In this document: piece after piece, positions 39,932 to 50,939 of the stretch
Numbering within the stretch: position 1 is the first letter of the stretch
How the letters are laid out: the number at the start of each line of letters is the position of its first letter
Origin: an uncultured Planctomycetales bacterium
GTDB taxonomy: Bacteria > Omnitrophota > Gorgyraeia > Zapsychrales > JAHFFX01
DNA length: 64,000 nucleotides
Direction: 5' to 3'
Assembly: GCA_964464475.1 (NCBI GenBank)
Contig: CAYXGG010000006.1
Coordinates: 16,305-80,304, forward strand
Program-made: the position numbers and the translations under genes
The notes under the pieces: generated by a model
What the model was told of the DNA's origin: nothing
Database searches by the model: none
What the model saw: the letters and a program-made list of their open reading frames with translations, nothing else

Positions 39932-40583
39932 ATTTTCCGTCGTCCGCGAATTTTTTCAACAAGATAACCTGAACCTCAGGAGCATCTTGATCCGAGTTAA
40001 CCGGAAGCAATTTTCTTTGTTTTCGATAATATTCCACAATGGGTGCCGTATTGGTTGCGTATTCACTCATACGGGTTTTGATCGTCGCCTCATTATCATC
40101 CGCTCTTTGGTAAAGCGGCCCCTGACATTGATCACAAACGCCCTCTTTTTTGGGGGGACGATTTTTCGTATGATATAGCGCTCCGCAAGCTTTACAAACC
40201 CGGCGGCCCGTTAACCGGAATAAAATAACCGGCAAAGTGGCTTCCATCGAAATAACGTAATCAAGCGGCTGCTTGATTTCATTCAAGATTTTATCTAAAT
40301 CCTGGGCTTGAGTAACAGTTCTAGGAAAACCATCCAATAGGTACCCTTGCTTGGGATCAACAGCCTTCAGCCGGTTCGCCACAATCTTGGTCACCACTTC
40401 ATCTGGAACTAACTTACCATGATCGACGTAGGACTTTAATTCTTGGCCCAACGGGGTTCCTTTTTTCATTTCCTCGCGGAAAATATCACCCGTTGATATG
40501 TGAATGATCTTTAAATCACTTTTAAGTAATTCCGCCTGCGTTCCTTTTCCAGCTCCAGGTGGTCCTAACAAAACGAGCTTCAT
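39900..40583 (-). CDS. adk: Adenylate kinase (Zn-lid type)
   Basis: GPPGAGKGT, LLDGFPR, CxxC...CxxC lid. Confidence 0.98.
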   Translation of the reverse strand: MKLVLLGPPGAGKGTQAELLKSDLKIIHISTGDIFREEMKKGTPLGQELKSYVDHGKLVPDEVVTKIVANRLKAVDPKQGYLLDGFPRTVTQAQDLDKILNEIKQPLDYVISMEATLPVILFRLTGRRVCKACGALYHTKNRPPKKEGVCDQCQGPLYQRADDNEATIKTRMSEYATNTAPIVEYYRKQRKLLPVNSDQDAPEVQVILLKKFADDGKFDYAQNKTRA

Positions 40584-41926
40584 CGTCTAGCCTTTAATTG
40601 ACCTGAACGCATAAATCCATCGTAATGACGCATCAATAAATGTGATTCAACTTGCTTCATCGTATCCAAAATAACACCTACCACGATTAATACTCCCGTC
40701 CCACCAAAGAAGGACGCCACTAAATAAGGAACGCTAAAAGCGGCCATTAAAGCATCCGGCATAATCGCGATGCAACAAATAAACAAAGCGCCCGCCAAGG
40801 TAATACGCGTTAAAACGAAATCCAAATAATCCGCAGTCGGGCTTCCCGGGCGAACACCGGGGATAAATCCGCCGTGTTTTTTCATATTTTCGGCAACATC
40901 CAACGGATTAAACACAATAGCCGTATAAAAATAACAAAAGAAAACAATCAAAAGTGCGTAAATAATATAATAAACGATATGTCCACGTAACAGTAATTGC
41001 GCAAAATTTTGAAACGCTGGCGATGGAATAAAACTGGCCAATGTCGCCGGAAACAATATCAACGACTGAGCAAAAATAATCGCAATAACACCCGACGTAT
41101 CAACCTTTAAAGGAATATAAGTGCTTTGACCACCATATACTTTTCTACCTACTATTCGGCGGGCGTACTGAACCGGGATTTTACGTTGCCCCTGAGTAAT
41201 CAGCGTAACCGCCAAAATAACACCCACAAGCATCGCCACCATGATTAAGAGCGTCAGCGGTTGAATTTGACGAACCGTGGCCGACTGCGGAGACATCAAT
41301 AAGAATAAATTACTCATAGCCGCCGGTGCGGAAGAAATAATACCACTAGCAATCAGCAGAGAAATACCATTACCAATACCTCGCTCCTGGATCTGTTCGC
41401 CTAACCACATCAGAAAGAGTGTCCCGGTGGTTAAAGTCAACACGGTCGTTATCCGAAAACCCCACCCAGGGTCATTCACAATTTGCATTCCCTGGAAAGA
41501 CTGCGGGTTCTCAAGCCACAAAGACACAAAGAACGATTGCACAGTCGCCAAAAAAAGTGTGGCATACCGGGTATATTGATTGATTTTCATATATCCAGTG
41601 TGACCTTGGCGTGCTAATTTCTCAAGCGCTGGGAACACGGCCGTCAGCAGTTGAATAATAATCGAACTCGAGATGTAAGGCATTATTCCCAAAGCAAACA
41701 CTGTGGCTTTTTCTAAAGCACCGCCATTAAACATATTCATAATGGTAAAAATGGTGCCGGTTCCGGTTTGCGACATTCTCTGGAAAAATTCGGCAAGCAC
41801 GGCCCCGTTGACGCCAGGCGTGGGAATAAAACAGCCAATGCGATAAACCACAATAAGCCCCAACGTAAAAAGAATCTTCTTCTTTAACTCAGGGATTTTA
41901 AAACAATTGGAAAAGGCCGCGAGCAT
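40580..41926 (-). CDS. secY: Preprotein translocase SecY
   Basis: ALGIMPYI, GIGNGISL, IPGVRPG, FGGTG; spc position. Confidence 0.99.
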   Translation of the reverse strand: MLAAFSNCFKIPELKKKILFTLGLIVVYRIGCFIPTPGVNGAVLAEFFQRMSQTGTGTIFTIMNMFNGGALEKATVFALGIMPYISSSIIIQLLTAVFPALEKLARQGHTGYMKINQYTRYATLFLATVQSFFVSLWLENPQSFQGMQIVNDPGWGFRITTVLTLTTGTLFLMWLGEQIQERGIGNGISLLIASGIISSAPAAMSNLFLLMSPQSATVRQIQPLTLLIMVAMLVGVILAVTLITQGQRKIPVQYARRIVGRKVYGGQSTYIPLKVDTSGVIAIIFAQSLILFPATLASFIPSPAFQNFAQLLLRGHIVYYIIYALLIVFFCYFYTAIVFNPLDVAENMKKHGGFIPGVRPGSPTADYLDFVLTRITLAGALFICCIAIMPDALMAAFSVPYLVASFFGGTGVLIVVGVILDTMKQVESHLLMRHYDGFMRSGQLKARR

Positions 41927-41932
41927 AAGCGG

Positions 41933-42409
41933 TTATTGTGATTTCTCCTGCGTTTTCAAAGAACTCAATTCAACCACTTCCGCCTTGCCGCCAACTTTCT
42001 CGATTTTTTCTTGAGCGGACTTTGAAAAACTATTGGCTTTAATGGTTAACCCTTTGGCAATTTCACCATCCCCTAATACTTTAAAGGGTTTGGCTAAACT
42101 TTTGATAATCCCGTGTGTTTTTAAATAAACAGCATCCACGGTCGTCCCTTCTTTAATTCGGCGAAGGCTTTCCAAATTCACGACTTGATAAACGATAGGG
42201 GCTTTGGCTCTAAAACCGACTTTAGGCAACCGCTTGATTAACGGCATCTGCCCACCTTCAAGACTGGCGTGAATACCCCGACCAGGTCGTTGACCTTGAC
42301 CATTATGACCTCGGCAAGACGTTTTACCGTGGCCGGATCCAGATCCCCGACCGACAATCTTGCGACGTTTCCGGGATCCAACAGGTGATTTTAATTCATT
42401 CAACAACAT
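41933..42409 (-). CDS. rplO: 50S ribosomal protein L15
   Basis: GRGSGSGHGKT, EGGQMPL..RLPK. Confidence 0.99.
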   Translation of the reverse strand: MLLNELKSPVGSRKRRKIVGRGSGSGHGKTSCRGHNGQGQRPGRGIHASLEGGQMPLIKRLPKVGFRAKAPIVYQVVNLESLRRIKEGTTVDAVYLKTHGIIKSLAKPFKVLGDGEIAKGLTIKANSFSKSAQEKIEKVGGKAEVVELSSLKTQEKSQ

Positions 42410-42420
42410 AGCAATAACTC

Positions 42421-43056
42421 CTATTTAGCCGCCACCGGCTCAGAGGAAACGGGGGCCACATTTTCCGGCCTGGCTTTTAATCGGCTTAATCCATCAATAG
42501 CCGCTTTAACAACATTGATGGGATTGTTGGAACGATGACATTTCGTTAAGATATTACGAATTCCGACTGAGTCACAAACGGCTCGCACGGGACCAGCCGC
42601 GATAACGCCCGTACCTTCCGAAGCAGGTTTTAACATGACTTGTGATGCTCCGCAGCAACCAATCACTTCATGAGGAATCGTAGCTTGGTATAAAGGAATA
42701 TAAATCAAACTTTTTTTTGCGGCTGACAATGATTTGCGGATCGCAAAAGCAACTTCTCCCGCCTTTTGCAACCCATAGCCGACTCGACCTTTTCCATCCC
42801 CAACGACCACCAGCGCGCTAAAAGCTAAACGCTTATTACCTTTGGTAACTTTAGTAACGCGGTTAATGGTAATAACTTTTTCCACAAATTCAGAAGCGAC
42901 CGCTTCGCGTTTACGCGGCATGGGCTTTCGGGGACCTTTTTGTTTGCCACGCGGCCCTCCCTGCCCAGCACCCGCTTCGGCATTCTCGCCACCAGCGGCA
43001 GCATTGACTTCCGGATTTGCATTTTCAGGATTCTTACTTTTTTTGTCAGCAGTCAT
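42421..43056 (-). CDS. rpsE: 30S ribosomal protein S5 (N-terminally extended)
   Basis: [27 protein letters not shown]. Confidence 0.98.
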   Translation of the reverse strand: MTADKKSKNPENANPEVNAAAGGENAEAGAGQGGPRGKQKGPRKPMPRKREAVASEFVEKVITINRVTKVTKGNKRLAFSALVVVGDGKGRVGYGLQKAGEVAFAIRKSLSAAKKSLIYIPLYQATIPHEVIGCCGASQVMLKPASEGTGVIAAGPVRAVCDSVGIRNILTKCHRSNNPINVVKAAIDGLSRLKARPENVAPVSSEPVAAK

Positions 43057-43079
43057 AGAGATAACTTTATGTTATTAGA

Positions 43080-43439
43080 TTAAAATTCGAGTCCGGCGTT
43101 ACGGGCGGCTTCCGCGAAAGCTTTGACCCGCCCATGAAACAAATAACCACCCCGATCAAAACAAACTTTTTTAAACCCCTTGTCTTGGGCGAGCTTAGCG
43201 ACCGCTTCTCCTAAAACAGTAGCGGCATTGACATTACCACCCGTTTTGACTTTAGCTTTCAATTTTTTATCCAGGGTCGACATGCCTAACAAAACCTTAC
43301 CCTGAGTATCGTCAATTAACTGCGCATGCAAATTTTTCAAACTACGGTGCACGGCTAAACGAGGTTTTTCTTGAGTACCGCTGAGTTTATGGCGAATTCG
43401 CTCATGACGGAACATTCTTTTATTATCTTTAGTTATCAT
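43080..43439 (-). CDS. rplR: 50S ribosomal protein L18
   Basis: PRLAV, FDRGGY..HGRV. Confidence 0.99.
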   Translation of the reverse strand: MITKDNKRMFRHERIRHKLSGTQEKPRLAVHRSLKNLHAQLIDDTQGKVLLGMSTLDKKLKAKVKTGGNVNAATVLGEAVAKLAQDKGFKKVCFDRGGYLFHGRVKAFAEAARNAGLEF

Positions 43440-43456
43440 AATCTTATTCTCAGCCT

Positions 43457-43996
43457 TTACTTAGTTACGGCCTTACCTTGTTTACGACGTACTTTTTCAC
43501 CTGCGTAACGAATACCTTTGCCTTTATAAGGTTCCGGCGGTTTGATCGCTCGAATCTTGGCGGCAACGTTACCTAAAACAGCATTATCGGAGCTTTCTAA
43601 AGAAATTTCCGTCGGCTTAGGCATGGCCACCTTGACTCCAGCAGGAACTTCAAAATCGACCTGATGGCTAAACCCTAAGTTCAGAGTCAATTTTTGACCA
43701 GTAACTGCCCCACGAAAACCTACTCCCTGGATTTCCAAATCAATTTTATGTCCTTGGGTAACGCCCTTAAGCATATTAACCAAGTTGGCCCGAACGGTCC
43801 CATGATTTGCGCGATCCTGTTTGGAATTGCCCCCGCGGAGCACCATAATTTTGTTATCTTTTTGTTCAACGGTAATTCCGCGTGGTACTTTTAAAGCCAC
43901 TTTGCCTTTAGGACCGTTAACCAGTAAGGATCCTTGATCAAAAGCAACTTTTGCATCTTTGGGTAAATCAACTGGAATTTTTCCTAAACGAGACAT
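43457..43996 (-). CDS. rplF: 50S ribosomal protein L6
   Basis: [18 protein letters not shown]. Confidence 0.99.
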   Translation of the reverse strand: MSRLGKIPVDLPKDAKVAFDQGSLLVNGPKGKVALKVPRGITVEQKDNKIMVLRGGNSKQDRANHGTVRANLVNMLKGVTQGHKIDLEIQGVGFRGAVTGQKLTLNLGFSHQVDFEVPAGVKVAMPKPTEISLESSDNAVLGNVAAKIRAIKPPEPYKGKGIRYAGEKVRRKQGKAVTK

Positions 43997-44020
43997 GGTA
44001 GAAGATCCTCAATAGCTAAA

Positions 44021-44419
44021 TTACCAAATGTAACAAATAACTTCACCACCAACACCATTCTTGCGCGCTTCACGATCATTCATCACACCGCGAGAGGTAG
44101 TGATAACGGCGGTTCCTAATCCATTAATAACCCGCGGGACTCGATCGCTAGTACAATAGACTCTCAACCCGGGTTTAGATATTCTTTTTAAGCCAATAAC
44201 GGAAGGCTTTCGATTTAGGCTATATTTTAAATAAACTTTAAACATGCCCTGCTTATCGTCCTTCAACAAACGAAAATCTTCAATGTACCCATCGGCCTTA
44301 AAAATTTCCAAAATCTTTTGACCCAAGCGCGAAGCTGGGATGTCGACGGTTTCCTTGCGAGCATGCAAAGCGTTGCGGATACTGACTAACAAATTACTGA
44401 TTGGATCGGTTAACGACAT
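44021..44419 (-). CDS. rpsH: 30S ribosomal protein S8
   Basis: TDPI, ISKPGLRVY, GGEV. Confidence 0.99.
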   Translation of the reverse strand: MSLTDPISNLLVSIRNALHARKETVDIPASRLGQKILEIFKADGYIEDFRLLKDDKQGMFKVYLKYSLNRKPSVIGLKRISKPGLRVYCTSDRVPRVINGLGTAVITTSRGVMNDREARKNGVGGEVICYIW

Positions 44420-44447
44420 ATTGATTTCACCTTTAGTTCGTAACGAG

Positions 44448-44633
44448 TTACCAGCTGGCTTTTCTGACTCCCGGAATTTCCCCTTTCCAGGCTAGTTCGC
44501 GGAAGCAAATACGGCAGCAACCGAACCTTCGCAAAAAGGCTCGCGCGCGACCGCATAAAGGACAGCGATTGTATTTGCGGACGGTAAATTTGGGGGCCAC
44601 TAAACACTTATTTCTTAATGCTTTTCGTGCCAT
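44448..44633 (-). CDS. rpsN: 30S ribosomal protein S14 (type Z)
   Basis: RCPLCGR...CRICFRE...PGVRKASW. Confidence 0.98.
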   Translation of the reverse strand: MARKALRNKCLVAPKFTVRKYNRCPLCGRARAFLRRFGCCRICFRELAWKGEIPGVRKASW

Positions 44634-44638
44634 AAAAC

Positions 44639-45229
44639 TTATGCTCCTTTTGCAGCAGTTTGTACCGGCTGATGTTGGTGCGTAAAAGGCATTCCCAAGA
44701 GCCTTAACAGTTCCAGAGTTTGATCTTTACCTAACTTTTTGCTATTTCTTTTAAATACAAAAGTAATATCCATCCCTTGGGTGTGAGCAATGCGCCCGAC
44801 ATCAATTTCTGGAAAAATCGCTTGTTCCTTCAACCCTATCGTATAATTTCCCTCACGATCAAAAGATTTACGGGAAACACCGTTAAAATCACGAATACGA
44901 GGTAAAGTTAAATTGACCAACCGATCCATAAATTCATACATCCGATTACGACGTAAGGTCACCTTGCAACCGATGGCGGCGTTGAGCCTTAACTTAAAGT
45001 TAGAAATGGCTTTTTTTGAATGCCGAATCTGCGGTTTTTGACCGGTAATGGTTCCTAAATCTTCCGCGGCCTTATCAATAATTTTGTGATCATTGAGGGC
45101 CTCTCCAACCCCCATGTTGACGACTATTTTGTCCAAACGAGGGACAGCATTCACATTTTTGATCCCGAATTTTTTTTGCAGTTCGGGGACAACTTCATTC
45201 TCATATTTTTCCAAAAGACGCGGTTTCAT
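44639..45229 (-). CDS. rplE: 50S ribosomal protein L5
   Basis: [22 protein letters not shown]. Confidence 0.99.
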   Translation of the reverse strand: MKPRLLEKYENEVVPELQKKFGIKNVNAVPRLDKIVVNMGVGEALNDHKIIDKAAEDLGTITGQKPQIRHSKKAISNFKLRLNAAIGCKVTLRRNRMYEFMDRLVNLTLPRIRDFNGVSRKSFDREGNYTIGLKEQAIFPEIDVGRIAHTQGMDITFVFKRNSKKLGKDQTLELLRLLGMPFTHQHQPVQTAAKGA

Positions 45230-45230
45230 A

Positions 45231-45542
45231 CTAAATCACAGCTCCACTTAGCTTAGCTTTACGGACTTTGCTGCCATCCTTGAGCACTTCCGAAGAAAAC
45301 CGGGAAGGTTTATTATTTTGCTTATCCAACAACATTAAATTAGAAAGATGAATCGGCATCTCAATATCAATAATGCCGCCCTTCTGGTCCTGTTGAGTGC
45401 GACGCTTGGCTTTCTTAAACAAGTTGATATTTTCTACCAAGGCGCGTTGCTCTTTAGGAAAAATCCGCATGACTTTTCCCGTTTTACCTTTATCTTTACC
45501 GGTGATAACCATCACCACATCGTTTTTCTTAATTCGTAACAT
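45231..45542 (-). CDS. rplX: 50S ribosomal protein L24
   Basis: KOW motif GKDKGKTGKV, PIHLSN. Confidence 0.99.
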   Translation of the reverse strand: MLRIKKNDVVMVITGKDKGKTGKVMRIFPKEQRALVENINLFKKAKRRTQQDQKGGIIDIEMPIHLSNLMLLDKQNNKPSRFSSEVLKDGSKVRKAKLSGAVI

Positions 45543-45544
45543 GA

Positions 45545-45913
45545 CTAAATAACCTCGGGGGCTAACGAAACAATTTTCATGTATTCCAAATTTCTCAACT
45601 CACGAGCTACCGGACCAAAAACGCGAGTCCCTTTAGGGTTACCGGCTTCATCAACGATCACGCAAGCGTTCGTATCAAAACGAACATAAGTTCCATCTGA
45701 ACGGCGAATGGCCTTCTTCGTACGCACAATAATCGCTTTAGCTTTCTCGCCTTTCTTGACCGCCGCATCCGGAGAAGATTCCTTAATATTGACTCTCACT
45801 AAGTCACCCACGTGAGCCGTCATTCTTCCCTTACTGTTTAACGTGCCAATAAACGAAGCCTTTCGAGCCCCGGTATTGTCTGCAACATCCATAATAGTTC
45901 TTAAGAAAATCAT
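45545..45913 (-). CDS. rplN: 50S ribosomal protein L14
   Basis: VADNTGA, GTRVFGPVAREL, SLAPEV. Confidence 0.99.
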   Translation of the reverse strand: MIFLRTIMDVADNTGARKASFIGTLNSKGRMTAHVGDLVRVNIKESSPDAAVKKGEKAKAIIVRTKKAIRRSDGTYVRFDTNACVIVDEAGNPKGTRVFGPVARELRNLEYMKIVSLAPEVI

Positions 45914-45922
45914 GACAACCCT

Positions 45923-46180
45923 CTAACCTTGAGTTTTCAATACTTCAGTAATGACCCAACGTTTGTCTTTTGAAATCGGGCGGGTCTCCATAATACGAAC
46001 CACATCCCCACTTTTCGTGGCGTTCTTCTCATCATGCGCTTTAAATTTAACCGCATGACGAATAGTCTTAGCGTATTTGTCGTGCTTGGAGGCCCAACGA
46101 ACCTGAACAACGCGAGTTTTGTTCATTTTGTCGCTGACAACCGTACCGTTTAAAAATTTTCTCTTATTTACTCTTTCCAT
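45923..46180 (-). CDS. rpsQ: 30S ribosomal protein S17
   Basis: GTVVSDKM.KT, AHDE, ETRPISK.KRW. Confidence 0.99.
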   Translation of the reverse strand: MERVNKRKFLNGTVVSDKMNKTRVVQVRWASKHDKYAKTIRHAVKFKAHDEKNATKSGDVVRIMETRPISKDKRWVITEVLKTQG

Positions 46181-46367
46181 CTTTAGCTCTTTCTTTAAGT
46201 ACCGTCAGAATTCGGGCAATATCACGACGCAAATTACGGAAACGTCCCGGTTTCTCGACCCGGCCCATTTGCCTTTGAAAACGCAAGTCAAATAATTCTT
46301 TCTTAAGACTTTTTTCTTTTTGATTTAGCTGCTCAACATCGAGCGCTCGTATTTCTTTAGTTTTCAT
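46164..46367 (-). CDS. rpmC: 50S ribosomal protein L29
   Basis: ELFDLRFQ, RRDIARILT. Confidence 0.98.
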   Translation of the reverse strand: MKTKEIRALDVEQLNQKEKSLKKELFDLRFQRQMGRVEKPGRFRNLRRDIARILTVLKERAKDGKSK

Positions 46368-46378
46368 AAATTCGCCTC

Positions 46379-46801
46379 TTAGCGCGTTTCGCGAGAAATA
46401 AACTTTGTTTGCACCGGCAGTTTAAAAGCAACCAACCGAAAAATCTGTTTGGCAAAAGCTTCCGGAACCCCGGACATTTCAAACAGCACTTTGCCTCTTT
46501 GAATCGGGCAACCCCAGTGATGCAAATCGCCTTTTCCCTTTCCCTGACGAGTTTCCGGCGGCTTCTTGGTAACCGGCTTACGAGGAAAGATGTTAATCCA
46601 GAGACGTCCGGCGCCACGGGATTTACGGGCGACGACGACACGAGCGGACTCAATATGATTACTTTTAATAAATCCATTTTCAATGGATTTCAAACCGAAC
46701 TCACCATATAGCAGGGAATTCCCCCTGGTGGCAATGCCGCGGTTCTTGCCGCGCTGCATTTTTCGATACTTAACTCTTTTTGGCATCAACGCCATAGACA
46801 A
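46379..46801 (-). CDS. rplP: 50S ribosomal protein L16
   Basis: PKRVKYRK, IFP.KP.T.KP.E.R.G.GKG. Confidence 0.99.
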   Translation of the reverse strand: MSMALMPKRVKYRKMQRGKNRGIATRGNSLLYGEFGLKSIENGFIKSNHIESARVVVARKSRGAGRLWINIFPRKPVTKKPPETRQGKGKGDLHHWGCPIQRGKVLFEMSGVPEAFAKQIFRLVAFKLPVQTKFISRETR

Positions 46802-46814
46802 TACCTCTACTAAC

Positions 46815-47501
46815 TTAGGCTGCTACTTTTTCCTGTGGTTTTTCTTCTGTCTGCAAATCTGACGGGGCCTGACCTTCGATAACATCCCCTTTATAAACCC
46901 AAACTTTAATTCCCAAAATTCCGTAAGTCGTTAAGGACTCGGCAAACCCGTAGTCAACATCGGCTCGAAAAGTATGTAAAGGCAGCTTGCCTTCCTTATA
47001 AGTTTCGGAACGCGACATTTCCGCACCACCCAATCGGCCGGAACATTTAATCTTGACCCCCTTAGCGCCAGACTGCATCGCTTGCTCAATGGCACGTTTC
47101 ATGGCACGACGAAAAGCAACTCGTTTTTCTAACTGAAACGCAATACTTTGACCAATAAGCTGGGCATCAATAGACGGATTCTTAATTTCCTGAATCTCAA
47201 CCGCAACTTCACGGGTTGAAAGCTTACCTAATTCGGTTCTTAATTTATCAATATCCGCACCACGACGACCAATAATCACCCCGGGACGAGCCGTACAAAT
47301 TCTAACTTTGATTTGATTCGCCAAGCGCTCTATTTCAACTCGCGACACCGCCGCCTGAATAAATTTCTTGGTAATATATTTTCGAATTCGGTAATCTTCC
47401 TGAATATTTTTGGCGAAATCTTTTTTCTCCGCGAACCACAGACTACGCCAATTTTTAATATAGCCGATTCTTAGAATTAAAGGACTTACTTTTTGACCCA
47501 C
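46815..47501 (-). CDS. rpsC: 30S ribosomal protein S3
   Basis: GQKV.P, RPGVIIG, SGRLGGAE, GIKVWVY. Confidence 0.99.
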   Translation of the reverse strand: MGQKVSPLILRIGYIKNWRSLWFAEKKDFAKNIQEDYRIRKYITKKFIQAAVSRVEIERLANQIKVRICTARPGVIIGRRGADIDKLRTELGKLSTREVAVEIQEIKNPSIDAQLIGQSIAFQLEKRVAFRRAMKRAIEQAMQSGAKGVKIKCSGRLGGAEMSRSETYKEGKLPLHTFRADVDYGFAESLTTYGILGIKVWVYKGDVIEGQAPSDLQTEEKPQEKVAA

Positions 47502-47516
47502 GTTTTATCCCCTTTA

Positions 47517-47852
47517 CTATTTGGTAATAACGTCTAACTCAATGGTTATGTGCGTTGTGCGCTTCAAAATTCCTGAAGCCCGACCAAAACTCGCAGCGCG
47601 AAATCTTTTCCACATCGGGCCATTATCAGCCACGATGCGAGAAATAAAAAGCTGTTCTTCGTTCAACCCTTTTTGTTTGGCCGTGCTAACGGCGGAATGT
47701 AAAATTTTCTTCACCGGCTTGCAGGCACCTTTGTTGACGTGAGTAAGAATAGCCGTTGAGCTAATGACATCTTTACCTCTGATCAAATCAATGACCTGTC
47801 GCATTTTTAGCGGTGAAATTCTGATAAACTTTCCTTTAGCTTTCGCAATCAT
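47517..47852 (-). CDS. rplV: 50S ribosomal protein L22
   Basis: SPLK.R.V.DLIRG, GRA..I.KRTTHIT. Confidence 0.98.
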   Translation of the reverse strand: MIAKAKGKFIRISPLKMRQVIDLIRGKDVISSTAILTHVNKGACKPVKKILHSAVSTAKQKGLNEEQLFISRIVADNGPMWKRFRAASFGRASGILKRTTHITIELDVITK

Positions 47853-47877
47853 AGTATCAACCCAATCAATTCAACAA

Positions 47878-48165
47878 TTATGTCTTATCTGGAGATTTTT
47901 TAGCTTTAACGCCGCCGTGTTTTCTAAAAATACGGCTGGGAGCGAATTCGCCAAGTTTATGCCCGACCATATTTTCCGTTACAAAAACGGGGACGTGTTT
48001 ATGGCCATCATAAATGGCGACTGTATACCCAACAAAATCAGGAGCGATGGTCGAACGACGCGACCAAGTCTTAATCGGCTGGCGCTGACCCGATTTTGCC
48101 ATTTTCTCAACTTTCTTCTGCAAGTGCTCGTCAATAAAAGCACCTTTGTTAATTGAACGTGCCAT
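47878..48165 (-). CDS. rpsS: 30S ribosomal protein S19
   Basis: [20 protein letters not shown]. Confidence 0.99.
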   Translation of the reverse strand: MARSINKGAFIDEHLQKKVEKMAKSGQRQPIKTWSRRSTIAPDFVGYTVAIYDGHKHVPVFVTENMVGHKLGEFAPSRIFRKHGGVKAKKSPDKT

Positions 48166-48166
48166 A

Positions 48167-49000
48167 TTATGCCCTTCGTTTGACGATCAATGAATCGGAA
48201 TATTTTCTACGCTTTCTCGTGTGATACCCCTTAGTAGGTTTTCCCCACGGAGTCACGGGATGCGGATTACCCTGAGGAGCTTTACCTTCACCACCACCGT
48301 GAGGATGATCATGTGGATTCATGACCACACCACGGGACTGCGGACGGCGACCTAACCAACGGCTACGACCGGCTTTACCAATGGAAATAGTTCCATTCTC
48401 TACGTTACCAATTTGACCAATCGTGGCTCGACACAATAATGAAACTTTACGAACCTCACTAGATGGCAAGCGGATTTGACCAAAACCACCTTCTTTAGCG
48501 AGCATCTGTGCCGATCCACCCGCAGACCGAACTATTTGTCCACCTTTGCCAGGCGTTAGTTCAATATTATGGATTGCCGTACCGAGAGGAATGCGCGACA
48601 AAGGTAAACAATTACCCGCCTTAATGTCAACATCCTTATCCACAGTGCTAATGACCTGGTCGCCCACTCTCAAATCCAAAGGAGCCAAAATATAGGCCTT
48701 TTTCTTATCGGCATATTCAATCAACGCAATACGACTCGTGCGATTGGGATCATATTCAATACCCAAAACTTTTGCGACTGCATCAATACGATCTCTTTTA
48801 AAATCAATCAAACGATACTGACGTTTGTGCCCACCGCCGCGATGACGTGAGGTAATCCGCCCATTACTATTACGGCCACCTGATTTTTTTAATGGACGCA
48901 ACAATGATTTTTCCGGATAAGACTTCGTGATTTCTTTGAAATCAGGAAGCATCGCATGACGCAAACCGGGAGTTGTGGGTTTAAAAGTACGCAATCCCAT
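48167..49000 (-). CDS. rplB: 50S ribosomal protein L2
   Basis: [27 protein letters not shown]. Confidence 0.99.
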   Translation of the reverse strand: MGLRTFKPTTPGLRHAMLPDFKEITKSYPEKSLLRPLKKSGGRNSNGRITSRHRGGGHKRQYRLIDFKRDRIDAVAKVLGIEYDPNRTSRIALIEYADKKKAYILAPLDLRVGDQVISTVDKDVDIKAGNCLPLSRIPLGTAIHNIELTPGKGGQIVRSAGGSAQMLAKEGGFGQIRLPSSEVRKVSLLCRATIGQIGNVENGTISIGKAGRSRWLGRRPQSRGVVMNPHDHPHGGGEGKAPQGNPHPVTPWGKPTKGYHTRKRRKYSDSLIVKRRA

Positions 49001-49001
49001 G

Positions 49002-49280
49002 TTAACTTACCTCAATTTTTTGCCCTTCACTTAGGGTCACAATGGCTTTTTTCCAGTCGCTGGCATAACCAAAATCCGAACGAACCCGACGACGCTTACC
49101 GGGAACAATAACCGTGTTAACACCATCAACCTTTACCTTATAAATTTCTTCCACGGCTCTTTTGATGTCAATCTTTGTGGCATTCTTCGCGACACGAAAG
49201 AGATACTGACGGCTTGCTTCTTGAACAGTTCCCTTCTCGGTACGAATCAGGGTTTCAATAATATCGTAGGCGGTAATCAT
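49002..49280 (-). CDS. rplW: 50S ribosomal protein L23
   Basis: [21 protein letters not shown]. Confidence 0.98.
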   Translation of the reverse strand: MITAYDIIETLIRTEKGTVQEASRQYLFRVAKNATKIDIKRAVEEIYKVKVDGVNTVIVPGKRRRVRSDFGYASDWKKAIVTLSEGQKIEVS

Positions 49281-49900
49281 TTGACTCTCTTTAATAAATT
49301 TTGAAAAGCAGATTTAGTGACCAATAATTTTCTATTTCTTAAGATATCGTACGCGTTAACATCCTGCGCGCGCATCAAATTAAAGAATGGCAGGTTACGT
49401 GAGGCCAGCATTACCTTCTCATCCACGCCATCCCAAATAGCCAAAACCTTACCTTTTAAATTAAGCACTTTCAATATTTTGGCAAACTCTTTGGTTTTTG
49501 CGTCCTTAACCGCCAATTCAGAAATGCAGGTTAAATCTTTATCTTGGAATTTCGCGTTAAGACTTTCCCGTAACGCGCCAATTTTGATTTTTTTAGGAAC
49601 CGTATAGGAGTAATCTCTCGGAACAGGACCAAAAACAACCCCACCGCCCATCCATTGCGGAGCACGAATCGACCCTTGACGAGCCCGACCGGTACCTTTT
49701 TGACGAAAAGGTTTTTTTCCCCCACCGGATACTTCCACCCGATTTTTGGCTTTCGCTGTACCGGCACGCTGATTGGCCTGATACATCAAAACCGCTTGGT
49801 GCAAGAGATCTGAATTAACCTGGGGACGAAAAATCGTGTCAGGCAACTCAATCGTTTCTTTTTGTTTTCCTTCTAAATTTAATACAGGCAATGATGGCAT
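49277..49900 (-). CDS. rplD: 50S ribosomal protein L4
   Basis: KPFRQKGTGRARQGS, GGGVVFGP. Confidence 0.99.
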   Translation of the reverse strand: MPSLPVLNLEGKQKETIELPDTIFRPQVNSDLLHQAVLMYQANQRAGTAKAKNRVEVSGGGKKPFRQKGTGRARQGSIRAPQWMGGGVVFGPVPRDYSYTVPKKIKIGALRESLNAKFQDKDLTCISELAVKDAKTKEFAKILKVLNLKGKVLAIWDGVDEKVMLASRNLPFFNLMRAQDVNAYDILRNRKLLVTKSAFQNLLKRVK

Positions 49901-49901
49901 G

Positions 49902-50612
49902 TTACTTACCTTTTCCGCCGGTTTTTGCTTTAGCTTGTTTCATCGGATTTTTCTTTTTCTCAACCACCACTCTCACTTCATCCAGTGCCTTAAAGGCCTT
50001 TTTGCGGGAGAGATTAATTTCCAAATACCCATTACGGTGACCAGGAACAGCGCCTTTTAGCAACAAAATGTTATCATCCAAGTCAACCTGCATAACCCTC
50101 AATCCTTGAGTCGTTATGGTTCGATGCCCCATATGACCAGGCATGTGCGTACCACGCAAGACGCGAGAAGGATCAGAGCTGGCACCAATGGACCCGACGC
50201 GACGGTGATGCATCGAACCGTGAGCGGCCGGACCACCACTCCAGTTCCAGCGCTTCATACCTCCCTGGAAACCTTTTCCGATAGATACCCCGCGAACATC
50301 GACAAAGTCACCGGCCTTAAAAAGATCGGCTTTGATTTCCTGGCCAATTTTGTAATCCTTATTGTCCGAGGAACGGAATTCTTTGACCACCCGCAAAGGT
50401 TGCACCCCAAGCTTTTTAAAAAAGCCCTGGCGAGGTTTATTCAAACGGGCTTCTTTAACCGGTTCAAATCCAACCATCACCTTGAGAGGGACGTCAATAG
50501 TTTTGAGAACATAGCATGGGCCAACTTCAACAGCAGTGACGGGAACAAGATTGCCATCACGGTCAAAGATTTGCGTCATGCCTAATTTTTTTCCAATTAG
50601 ACCGCTAATCAT
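49902..50612 (-). CDS. rplC: 50S ribosomal protein L3
   Basis: GKKLGMTQ, GKGFQG, MPGHMG, KGAVPG. Confidence 0.99.
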   Translation of the reverse strand: MISGLIGKKLGMTQIFDRDGNLVPVTAVEVGPCYVLKTIDVPLKVMVGFEPVKEARLNKPRQGFFKKLGVQPLRVVKEFRSSDNKDYKIGQEIKADLFKAGDFVDVRGVSIGKGFQGGMKRWNWSGGPAAHGSMHHRRVGSIGASSDPSRVLRGTHMPGHMGHRTITTQGLRVMQVDLDDNILLLKGAVPGHRNGYLEINLSRKKAFKALDEVRVVVEKKKNPMKQAKAKTGGKGK

Positions 50613-50627
50613 AAACCAATCGACTTT

Positions 50628-50939
50628 TTATTGTTTTATTTCGACATCAACCCCCGCCGGCAGGTTTAGCTTTCTTAAAGCTTCCACAGTCTTGGCGGTT
50701 GGTTCGATCAAATCAATCAAACGCTTATGGGTTGCAAGCTGAAACTGTTCTCTAGATTTTTTATCAATAACCGGAGAACGCAACACGGTATACAGCTCCT
50801 TTTTTGTCGGGAGCGGAACCGGGCCAGAAACCTTCGCCCCGGTACGGATAGCCGTGTCCACAATCTCTTGAGTCGATTGATCAATTAACCTATGATCGTA
50901 AGCCTTCAGCTTAATTCTAATTTTTTGAATACCTGCCAT
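50628..50939 (-). CDS. rpsJ: 30S ribosomal protein S10
   Basis: [29 protein letters not shown]. Confidence 0.99.
   Translation of the reverse strand: MAGIQKIRIKLKAYDHRLIDQSTQEIVDTAIRTGAKVSGPVPLPTKKELYTVLRSPVIDKKSREQFQLATHKRLIDLIEPTAKTVEALRKLNLPAGVDVEIKQ

Noticed and set aside
46357-46683. 108-aa same-strand alternative-frame ORF in rplP
   Set aside because: Off-frame ORF within a conserved gene; no SD or recognisable motif
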